Shown piece by piece: positions 49,682-61,100 of a DNA stretch of 64,000 bases. The DNA comes from Tubulanus polymorphus (Eukaryota; Animalia; Nemertea). Position numbers and translations under genes: made by a program. The first letter of the stretch is position 1, and every line of letters starts with the position of its first letter. Below the pieces are notes generated by a model that saw only the letters and a list, made by a program, of their open reading frames with translations, had not been told where the DNA came from and made no database searches. The stretch covers positions 7,172,778 to 7,236,777 of the forward strand of contig NC_134030.1 of the NCBI RefSeq assembly GCF_964204645.1, read 5' to 3'.

Positions 49682-50966
49682 TCGTCTATAAACTTAAGAC
49701 TTACACTCTATATCGGAGAAACCAGTAAATAAGTCGCCAAATTTGCTTTCACGCACAAGAAAACAGTAGATGTACATAAATGGGTACGTGATACGTATTA
49801 GGATGATAGATCGGTATCACTTTCTCCAATGGCAACGCCATTATCACGGCCGACAACAGATATTCAACCCATTGTACGGGTTATACTTGAATCTCGTGTT
49901 CTCGGACCCATTGCCAATGCGTTCTCGAAATTTCATCATCTGATTTTTTTTATCTCACGAACCAGACAATGAATTATTCAGGATGGACAAGAACAGTAAT
50001 CAATATAAGACTCTATAAGCGTACTCCACGCGTTGCGCGTAAAGAAGAGAAACCGAGTATTAGTCTAGGACTTGACAACATGAAACCTCTAGGACGAATC
50101 ATCGTAAACAAGGCGAATCGGTGCACATTTTCTTTCTAGACATAATAATGCCTCGAAAACTCCCCGATACGCGTGTCCTCTCATCGGCAGGAAGTACTTT
50201 TCTCATATTATTATCATCGAAGAACGCCGTTCAGCTCTTACCTCTCATGTTACCCTTTTCTCTGATCCTATAGCGCTGCTTTTACCGCCGGGAAGAAGCT
50301 CGTATCTACCAACGAACAAACCCGATACTTTTGCGAATCGAGGTGAGCGTTTTATACCCGTCACTAGAGGAATTAACTGTGTTGTCGATTTGAGAGTAGC
50401 GGGCGTGCCAAGAGAAAAGAAAATATCACATTTGGAGAAAATAGATGCGTTTCGCTTTAGTCAACTTATCGACTGGCATTTTATCTCAACGCTCGGCGCG
50501 CACTCTCGGTGTAGATGTTCTACATGCATACATCACGCCGACGACGCCACAATCAAGACGTGGTTTTTATAGACATTTATGACAATTGAGACCATTACGC
50601 ATAATGATGTTTTATAGTTATATTCACGCGACTGTCTCTCCCGACGGCACCGATAGAAACGATGCGCAAGGCGGCATAAATCATCGCAGCGAAGACACCC
50701 GCGCATCGCGCTCGAGATCGCGTGTTATAGCTATTCTTTCGAACAAGAAGTAAAGCATGAGAGATCAGCGCAAATTGTTGTCGATCTCGAGTAAACTAAT
50801 TAATAAATGACATGGGTCTCCTTGTCAACGGCGGGCAAAACAACGAAAATCACAGGAAACGATAAAATGAGACGGGTGATGATTACTGGCTGTCTATGTG
50901 CCGGTGCACGAGGGTTTGCGCAAGCCCGTATATGTTACTCCACCAATTTAAGGAGAGGGGGGTCAA

Positions 50967-51166
50967 GCGCAGTATTTTCCCCGATACAATTTTTTTTATA
51001 CTTCTATTGAAAAAATGCATTCATAAAAACGTGTGCATTACCCTCAGCAATCGATACAGATTTTTTGGTTAGTTTCATCATCGATATGAGTGATATCGCT
51101 ATCAAAAATTTTCGAACACGGGGCAGGGGGTCGAGATCCCCTAAAACCTCCATTGGATCCGCCCTG
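50967..51166. repeat. Dispersed repeat (MITE-like), copy 2
   Basis: Colinear similarity to 17386-17602. Confidence 0.7.
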
Positions 51167-51890
51167 CACTGGTGACGCTAGGGGGACCGTGTATGACCGC
51201 TAATTGGAATCAATTGCGACAGCCTGTGAGACTGACATTGTTATGAGGTCGGCAGTTTACGAGTACCGAGTTCTTTTTTCTATCCGTCGATGATGAGAAA
51301 CTGTTGCACGGCGCATAAAGAATTCATGGTCTAACTCGGTGTAGTCTGAATAATAGCTTCGACGAGTGACGGATTGTCCAAACCCTGAGGACCGACAAGA
51401 ACACTGATCATCTACACAAAACCAAATAATAACCGCAGAATCTAAAATGATGGATGTCCAGGAACAAATCTGATTCGCGAGGGATCAACTTTATGATCGA
51501 GCATTGTCGAGTGGTCTGGTCTGGTACTGATAAAAGACAGCGGTCTGATATCAGGTGGTAAAGAACGGAAGGTCCCGATAGATTTTTACATTTTCTAACC
51601 GCATCTCTGAACTCAGAAACGGCTTAAGAATATGCTCTCGATGAAGGGGGAGTTTTAAGTTGATAATCAGTATCGTCTTTACCTTTTTTAAGCAAATCGG
51701 CATTTATAAGTTATAATACTGACATTGTAATGGCTGATCAGATCCATTACCGCAGTAATTCAGGCACTGAAAAAGCATAACTCAAACAAAAAGCATAAGT
51801 GGCGTCGGTGTTATGGGAGCATTGTTGTTTTTATGTTAACGAAATGTCAGTTAATTCCTCCGTGAAAATGGGATCAAGGTTCTTTCTTTC

Positions 51891-52324
51891 TTTGCCGAAG
51901 TCACGCTAAAGTCCACTTTTTCTGCTGTCATTAAGGCTAAGCAAGAAGCTACATGGATTTCCCCGATGTATATCGCTTCTTTTTTCTCGCAACCTTCATC
52001 ACAGATTGTGACGCTGTTTGCCAAAGTCACTATCGAGTTCACCTTTTCTGCTGTCATTAAGGCCAGAAAAGAGTTACTTGGATATCCCCAATGCATAGCT
52101 GTTTTTCTCTTACTTGGTCAGCAATTTTCATCGCAGATTATAAAACACATATTGTATACATGTGACGCGCTTTGCCAAAGTCACTATCGAGTTCACTTTT
52201 TCTGCTATCATTATGGACAGAAAGTACTTGGCGGCTGTCCCTGATGTCTACCTGTTCTCTCTTTCTTCGTCGGCTCCGGCCTATATCAACCTTCATCGCA
52301 GTTTATGCAACATATGTAACGCTG
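51891..52324. repeat. Three-copy diverged tandem repeat (units 126-154 bp)
   Basis: Units start TTTGCC(G/A)AAGTCAC at 51891, 52017 and 52171, and share CTTTT.CTGCT.TCATTA and TTCATC.CAG.TT. Confidence 0.85.
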
Positions 52325-52704
52325 ACTGATTAAGCGGCGTTGCCATGCATGTATTCACAAAAAGACAGCTCGGTTTTTATCCTCGAATCATCGGAGAATT
52401 TCGCCTTAGAATCGCTAATATCATTTCGTTCTTTTTCAAGCACAATTTATACACAACCACGGGATACGTCGATTATTCATAAAGCACTCCGCAGGGACGC
52501 GTGAGACTTTTATTCGCCGACCAAAAAGTATCTACTTATGGGATGTCTTGAACGGCTGACGGTCTATCGTGGCGAGCCATTAGTTAACGATTAGCGACCC
52601 GCTCGCATTAGAAATCGTACGCTAACTTAACACTATCGCGAAATTCAGCCAAGCGAGGATTACGGGGGAAAGCATTCCTTAAATCCGAGATCAACGGCTT
52701 GATC

Positions 52705-52718
52705 CCACCAGATGGCGT
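52705..52718 (+). promoter_or_regulatory. CTCF-like motif
   Basis: CCACCAGATGGCGT; motif match only. Confidence 0.4.
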
Positions 52719-53072
52719 GGCTAACAGTCGGTCATACGGTATCCAAAAGACCCGACTGTTGATGAAAATTATAGATGTGTTGAAATACTCTGTCGATGGG
52801 ATCCACCTTGCTTTATGTTTGATGTATTTATTGTATCTATCAGTTTTACCAGAATCATTGTCAGGATGAAATAAAGGTATCTTTTTATCTACGAACGCTT
52901 TTTGGTAACCTTGATGTTCGGAAAATCCAGCAACTCAGCAAGCTAAATTCATCGATATAGGCTTAGATGTATTAGAATAGCTCCAATAGCTGATATATTG
53001 TGAATATTATCGTGTATTTATTGTTATGATTTATTGAGAAAAGTTTATATGTTCTGTTGTTTTGCAAATAAA

Positions 53073-53119
53073 AGTCTCCCTCCATATACCATGGAAATGG
53101 TTGGAGTGTAAATAAATTG
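53073..53119 (+). repeat. Dispersed repeat, LINE 3'-end-like, copy 2
   Basis: Matches 47266-47309 and ends in AATAAA. Confidence 0.7.
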
Positions 53120-55171
53120 ATAAATTGCCATACGCGATTAGTTCGATTATCAATGATCCACATCTAGAAGACGTAACAAGCCCGATTTCACCTTAAATTG
53201 CTTAAGACAAATACTAGATTATATTTCGCTCGATATGTGGAAGGAATTATGTGCAGCAGTCCACCTCGATTGCCAGTGGAGGAATACCTCAAAAGCATAA
53301 TAACATCGTCCCCATTATGTATATACTAAGGCTTATACAATGGCATCAAACATCAATTGTCAAACTACATTAACATTCGGAACTATATTTGTCCATGCAT
53401 CAATGCCATCCCGTTCTAATTACATCAGCAAATTCTGCTGCTTCGACGGAGTTCCCATCCGGGGACACGACTTTCCCCGAAGCCAAATTGATGTTACGCG
53501 TACGGACTTGGAGACGGGTCGTTTCCGGTCGTTTTGACGCAACGGACGTAAATAACTCCGCCGGTTTACTCTACATAGAATACAATACCTAAATCCATCA
53601 ATACAATATTACAGAACCGAGCACCGAGCTCACGCTGTGCTCGTAATCAGCGGGAGAGCAGATGATTGAACAGATGAATTGAAAATCGTGGTAATTTTTG
53701 CGTATTACGTATACGTTTTTCGCCTAATTGCGCGTCGTATCATAATCACCCGCATAAACGTAAAACGAATCACTCCCACCAGGCCGTTTAACGATACGCT
53801 ATAATGGCTGATTGTTTTCCTTTTTTTTAACTTTTGATAAGTCTACAATGCGCGCACGAACTCGACTCTCATTTCGCGACGGATGAATATTTCGAATGAT
53901 TAGAAATAAAAGATAACTGACTTTGTATACACCTGTGCTCAGTACAGCTAATACCGATCAAACACACACCTTATGCATAATTCATCAATAATGCGCTTAT
54001 ATGAAATAAATGATAGAAAACAACATAGATGAAATTTAGGCTAACTGAGATATAGTATGTTGATATATGAAACAGGTGGTGAGTGTATCAAAAACGTATA
54101 TATCACCATCCGTTATGCATGTACACGATTGTTGTAATGTTATCTTTTTATGCTTGGATAACCAGCCACGACCCGAGAAAGTTACATACATTTTGAATTC
54201 TGACAATTCTAATTATTTTGATGATTTTGAAATTTTCTACATGCGTTAGCTATGCACGGCGCTTTGGAATCCGCATAATTTCGAATGTGGCAAATAAATC
54301 CAATTTTTAAAAGGTGCATGCATGCTTCGTAGCAGTTGTTGACAGGTAGGCCCGGCATTATTGACTTTGCTGTATATATCTGTTTGTTTTCCCATCAGTG
54401 GAAGGATGGTCAGCGGCGGTATAACAGTCACAGAACCATAACCACAGCGGCGTTAACTGTAGGCCTACATCAATGACAATACCTATCCACGATGATGAAA
54501 TATCTTCACGCCTGAATTCACAGCAGAATTAATAAACCTAAATTACACGCTTGATGTAACAAAATAATCAAATTAGTTGAATATGATAAAATTCAAGAGA
54601 CAGACAGTGAGTGAGCGACGGAGTAAGAGATAGAGAGGGAGAGAGAGGGGGAGAGATAGGAGAGCTGATGACAAGTATTCATCCGCGATAATTAGATGCG
54701 AGATACTATGAATCTATATTAGTTCTATGCGCAATCAATGACTGTGAATGATACCAATCTATTCCACTGAAACATTACTTTTGAGAATATCGGCCAGTTC
54801 GCATTCACCTATAGAGCCAAGTTGGTAATCTTTAGATGATAATGCACCCTTCTCTACCCGAACCACAAGTTCCTATCTGAACTGTCATGAATCCATACGA
54901 AGTCATTATTTTTTGCTAATCCTCGGTGAATTCCAAGAGGACTTACGAGACATGTTCAAGTCCGTCAATTTTTTTTAGTGCCTTTTTATTTTGTCAAATA
55001 AGGTAATTGGTGTATATCAGCGCGGGAGCGCGACTTATATTGCCTTTTCGAAGTGCCCTTTTGGGATGTGACAAGTCCTTCGAAATTTGCTTTCGACCTT
55101 GTCCCACATGTCTAGAAATTTTGAAATATGAAATAAAATCAGGTTTATGCCTAACGATCAAATTTCCTTAC

Positions 55172-55297
55172 CTGCAGTAATAGGAAGAAACTGATAGTAG
55201 TAGAATCCAATACAATAATGTTTATGAATGTTATTATCATTCGAAAGTTGAATCCTATACATAATCGTAAGTGATAAGAATTGGCGACATCGCGCAT
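55172..55297 (-). other. Candidate upstream (5' UTR or N-terminal extension) exon end of KIRREL
   Basis: Strong donor CAG|GTAAGG. An ATG at 55297 opens 42 codons in phase 0, in frame with exon 44561-44429. Confidence 0.4.
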
Positions 55298-56281
55298 TTA
55301 CCAGTGAACATTTCAGATTAATATTATCAGATCATCACTTATCACTTATCGCTTCACAAACAATCTCCACACTTAAAATCAATATCAGCTTTCAATATCG
55401 ACATAACAACTGTCAATTGCAAAACGCTTCAAATTTGATCAACAGATTCGAATCCGAGTCGTTTTTCACACGAACGCGTCTCGCACAATCCTTCACACTT
55501 CGAAAACGATATTTCGGACGAAAAATGTGAAGAAACGTTTACGATGTCTCAGACATTCGTTGTTAACTAAAACTAGCGCTGCAAACGTTGCCGTTATAAT
55601 ACAGGTGGCCGCTAAAGCATTGTTTGTCTGGCCGATCGTGGATAGCAACGACACAATAAAATTAAGATCAACATCATCCGTAATTGTCACCATCCGCTAT
55701 TCGCCTATGTATTTGATCTATTGTTATAGCGTTTGATTTTAGTATATACGTCGTGTGTGCCGAGGCGTATGACAAGGAGTACAACCCGAGCTCGCCCCGC
55801 CTGAATATCGATACCGATGAAATTCCAGAAGCAAAATAGAAAGATAACCGCGTCGCCATCACAGCCGTGTAGATTCGAATCGATACGAGTTTGACTATAG
55901 CGTTCGCGCGGTGGCCATATGTGATTTTCTAATTGTCGACTCTATATGCTAGAGTTGTCCCGACGAATAACGAGCCTTATGAATATTTCACGGTGACATC
56001 GCGGAGCGAAAGGTGACGTAAAAGGATGAATATACTATAATGGAAGCTTAAAGTACCACCCACCTATAGGAATACCCGCGCGCGATATAACACAAATAGC
56101 TGCACCGCACCAGATGAACTACAATCACCTAATAATAAGAGGTCTATGTGACATAAGTCGATGGACACTAAAAACTAACCCCGTTTTATTGGCCATCCAC
56201 AACTTAATATAGGAGAAACTGGTCGACTGAAAATGACTATCATACAAAATAAGAAAATCACATTCCTGTAATCAAGCTTAC

Positions 56282-56311
56282 CTGTTGTTAGTGAGATGGT
56301 TTATCATCAGC
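56282..56311 (-). other. Candidate 30-nt 5' UTR exon of KIRREL
   Basis: ttgtattttgCAG|...30 nt...|GTAAGC with near-consensus sites; no other support. Confidence 0.3.
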
Positions 56312-58097
56312 CTGCAAAATACAAATAAGGAATGATTAGGCGCGTATAGTCGATCACGTTCTATTTAGGCCCCGAAAGCGAGGAGATGATTGATTTCTCG
56401 GTTAAAAAATGTTACCCGCCACACACTGCTGACATCGAGAGACTGGTGTACAGTCAGTCATTTGGCTCCAGTATGTCGACACAACATGCATATCAAGTGA
56501 TATCAGAGCCTGTTAGCTAATTTCCCTCGCAGGAGGAAATACCTATTTAGATAAATAGCTTATCAAAGAATAAATAGGCAGGGTTATTAATAAGTAACTT
56601 CCTTTCATTTGGTCGTCGACGATTTCGGATATCGTAGATATAATTCGCTGATTCCGAGACTACAAACGGCCGGCTAATTGCGGGAGGGTTTCCGCGAAGA
56701 TACCGACTTAGCGTGAATGCTGATCGAACGAACAAAACGACGAAAACAATTAACTACGGTTTTCTGTTCAATTGTGCGTAGGTCGAACGGGATGATACTA
56801 TAGTTCGACGTCTGATATGGATAACGACTGCTCCAGTAATGTCTATCGAATTCCGAGAGCGGCACCATCGACTTCGACTTCCGAGTATGTGTAGGAGTTT
56901 GATTCTCTTCGAGGGAGTATGATTGAGCATTAATGATGTTTATGGATAACGGTCATTTGTCACGGATCATTTATCTCGGCAACAACTATTTCTCCCTTTA
57001 ATTAAACAACACATGAGCAATTCTTCAACCCTTTGCCAGCCAACGCAGAATATTAGTTTTGTCCTTTAGAGGTTTTCATCCAGATATTTGTTTTCGAATC
57101 CACAACCGATCGTCTCTCCAACAAGCATATCGACAATCTCAACTATCAAAACCAGTACACAGTTTTAATATGGGAGAGTTGTAACGACGAAGACCGCATA
57201 CAGAATTCAAACTGCTGCGTTTAATGATTTCTGACTTAAAGATCGATCGTCGATTTCAAAAGTATAATCAATGTTCATATTGAAACGCGGCCTGAATTAG
57301 GATTATTTCCTTAACGAACGCGGCGCGGTGAATTATTGAGCTGATAAAACGTGGTCGCATCGATCCGCTGAGATCCGCTGAGATGGAGCGAACGGCGAAG
57401 ATTCAATCAGTATAAGGCTTATACATAGTCTGTATTCTTATTCTGGTGACGATCCGTACAAGTAAATATTTGGGTACATATTCTTTTATTAGCCGTCGTA
57501 ATTTTGTCTAGTCTTTGAGTGCATATTTTGATATCGGCGACTACGTATCAAGTATGCCTTACACTTTCTGATTTGGAACCGTTTCAATGGTGAAGGCTCC
57601 TGCAGGGGTTTCCTTTTCCACATCAGAAATTGAATTTTTGTAGTCAATACCCTCAAACACCCTTAACCCCATACCATACAAATCCAGCGTCCTATGTCAC
57701 CAATTATCTATAATAACCCACGGGTCACGTTAGATATTTACTGACATTTGATAACCAAACAACAAGCCGTGTATATTACATTCAAAAACTTGCGAAAATT
57801 GTTTAAAGCGAAAACTTATTCGCTCCGGGTTGATTGGCAACAATTTTCTGTCATTATTTCGACGACAAACGTCATTGAAGTGCATGGAGAAAATTGAAGT
57901 TCTTTGGGTGTGGCAGTTATGGTCTTCATCGTTCCAAATCCTATCAGTAGGCGGCGGAGAAATGATAATCAACCGACTTCCATCGACACGGTCACAAATT
58001 GGGTCACAAACTGATATTCCTATTACAGGAAAAGGTTCCTATCACAAGAGCATTTTCGGCCACGGCCAATACATGGGTACCAAATGGGTCTGTGTCT

Positions 58098-58196
58098 GTT
58101 TGGCCCGGGTCAAATTTGGTCCAACCAAAAACGTTGAACCAGACCCGAGCCAAAATTAAGCATGGACTAGATCAGGACCAAATCGTCTCAGCGAAC
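58098..58196. repeat. Second copy of the GGCCCGGGCC-subrepeat element
   Basis: TTTGGCCCGGGTCAAAT...CCAAAAACGT...GACCCGAGCCAAA resembles 37968-38205. Confidence 0.55.
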
Positions 58197-61100
58197 AACG
58201 CTGAAAAAAGACATATTAAATGTTAACCTCATACGGCCGCTCAAGGATATGTTTCGTTGTGTGTGAATAAGTAATCAAACCTGTGATATTGCCACCGTTC
58301 ATTATCGATATCTAGTTCTATCATTGTTCTAGCCTATTCTATCTGAGATCGCAGGAACATCATCTATTAATTAGAAAGTACTGTATAGCTCCCTGCAATA
58401 TCTGATCGATATGGTCGATTGATTGAATTATATCATCCCATTTCGCTTTCAGAATATCAATTGAATTCAAGTTCATGGTTCAGTGAAACAAACCCATGAA
58501 TCAAATTCAAATTTCACCTATCTAACTAGATTCATGTGAACAGATTAGGTGAGATTTGGACGGGCCAACCTTACATTGTGACAAAATCGTACGAGATAGA
58601 TGCCAGCTAGTTCTAACATTGTCAATTCATCAACTGATTCTTCCTCAAAATATGACATCCATGAAGAGAGCGATTCCTACCAGAGATCAGAAATTCCATC
58701 GCGGAATCGTTTAAAAAATTAGGTTATTCTTGTTACCGTGTTGAAAGTAGGCTTAGCCTACTTCTTATAGAGGCAAGAGATGATCTTTATGACTTTGTAA
58801 AGCAATCATCATAGAGCAAGACCTTGGAGACTTTAGTAGAAAGCACTCACCGGTCTAATTAATTCTAGAACAACGACGAAATAAGCCATATAAAATCTTT
58901 ATAGCAATCGGAATAAATTAAACTATCTGAGCTGGTGACGATTGTGCGTGATATATGCACTATATTTGCATTTCAATTCTCGGAACTTAGGATTACACTT
59001 TTCATTATCATCTTTTCAACGTTAAGTTGCCATTTTATGAGAAGACGTACAAGCGACTTTCGGAAGAAATGGGTAAAATCCGGAGACACCCTTAAAGACG
59101 TGACTTTATTCGGAGCGAACAGTTTTTTTTTTATCGTACGGTTTTTTTGTCCGAATACTTAGTAAACTCGTGGCGGAACTCTAGATAATAATACGACACC
59201 GCGGAATCCCCGAGCTACTCATTTCGACTGCGGGGTGGCGGAAGAAATAAATGCTTGAGGTTTGCGTGAGCTATAGCTGGCGTGATATCCCGTGAAGCCA
59301 GCAATTTCTAACTTACATCTCGTGCGGGACCGCGCGCGCCGTGGAGTTGCCCATAACAAAGTCTTAAGTAGCGTGCAGACATGGCTAAGGTGCCTGAATC
59401 GATACAGGTCAATAACAGATAGAAGTGATTTGCATTAGTTTTTATAACCTACATCAATTTTTCGCCGCGTGTGAGATGGTCAGTGATATAGCTGGTGGCT
59501 GGCGTTTGAAGCACCGAAACAAAATCGATGCTATTAGTAGAAACACTAATGGGATAAATTATAACGTCCGCGGTATGGACACTACTCAGTAGGATCAAAC
59601 GCGCGTCTGTTACTAAGATGACGTCAACATATGCATTTCAGAAAAAAACATAGCGCAACATGAATCCCTTCAGGAAGTAGATTATGTGTTGCTCGACGAG
59701 GCTCGATTTGCATAGAACCCCAAAATTCATTGCGGTCCGCTTGGCCGATACCGATTGTAGATGCTAGATTTATACTTAGGTCAGATTCGATTCGGATACG
59801 TAACGATGATAATGCGTTGCTTTAAGGACACTTACTTTGTCTTATTCCGATCAGATGCTTTACTGCCCTATTAAACAATTACTGGTAATAGAATCCGTTA
59901 TTATACAATGGCAATAATTTTCGCATAGCCGTATTAGTGTATGTATAAAATATATAATCTCATAATATTATAATTGATAACATATGTCAGCTGTTAGTTA
60001 GCATGTTGTGGCGTACATAGGATAACTTTACACGAAACATCTGCAAATGTCCCGTTTACTGGATTCGAAAACGTTCGCACAATGTTCTACGATATGAAAT
60101 CCAAACTGTTTTCCGGCGAGATTAAGAAAAACGTTCGAGTGTGTGTTGTATTTCGGCTAGTCATGGACAGTCCGGAACTTTGTATAACGCCTGCGCAACA
60201 TTTAAACTGTATCAGTGGATTCAAGTGTTAATAATAGGGTTAACTTCGATCCATCCGTATGGCCGATTTAGATTATGTAGTGGTGTTCAGGGATGAATCC
60301 CCAGGGTTCGAATTCCTTTCTCATAAAACGTTTAAAGTGGCCTTCATATCGCGTCGCGTAGTAACGTGTATAGGACTAAACCTCAGAATGCCTGGAAAAT
60401 TTACAACAAATTTAGTATCATCCCGTTACCTCGAGTATTATCTCGATACTAGCTTCCCCAATTTCATCGCACTACAAATAGCTCTTTTTAAAAAGGTGCC
60501 CCAAGCTTTTCACCCTGGATGACCCTCTTGTTTTATGCCTAGGGAACCCCTCAATGAATACTACGGAAAACGATGAGATGTCTATAGTCGCAAAAGATTG
60601 AGCAATTTTCTCGGCGAGCTCTTAGACTTTGAAATTGACGTCCCGATGGGGCCGTCATATCCCACACCGCGGTTGTAACACAATGACCAAAATAACGACA
60701 TCACTGCTTATCACTGTGTGTCAAATAACTTTATCATTCACACGACCAAACAATTATTGATAATCCTATATTCGACGATGATCACGCGGCGAAGATAAGT
60801 TACAAACTAAGATACGGCGCATTGTGGCAGTGATTTCCCGACGGGCCCCGCGTGACGGTGCGTTGTTGACGCCTGCGCGTTCCCCAGGTGACGCAACTGA
60901 GATGGCGACGGCAGCCGGCGATTTATAAAATTATGGAAATCGCGTAATCGCTCTGAGACCAGACGACGAAGACTTCGTTTTCACGACACAAACACGAGCT
61001 GTCGTAAACGTATCTTCAAACGGTAATAATTCGGCGGAAATAGTTTAACCCTTCGCGAGCTACGACGTTACGAGAACGTGACGTAATACCGGAAGTCCAG

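Noticed and set aside
51891-52324. CRISPR-like repeat/spacer interpretation
   Set aside because: Eukaryotic intron, long degenerate units with homologous 'spacers', and no cas genes.
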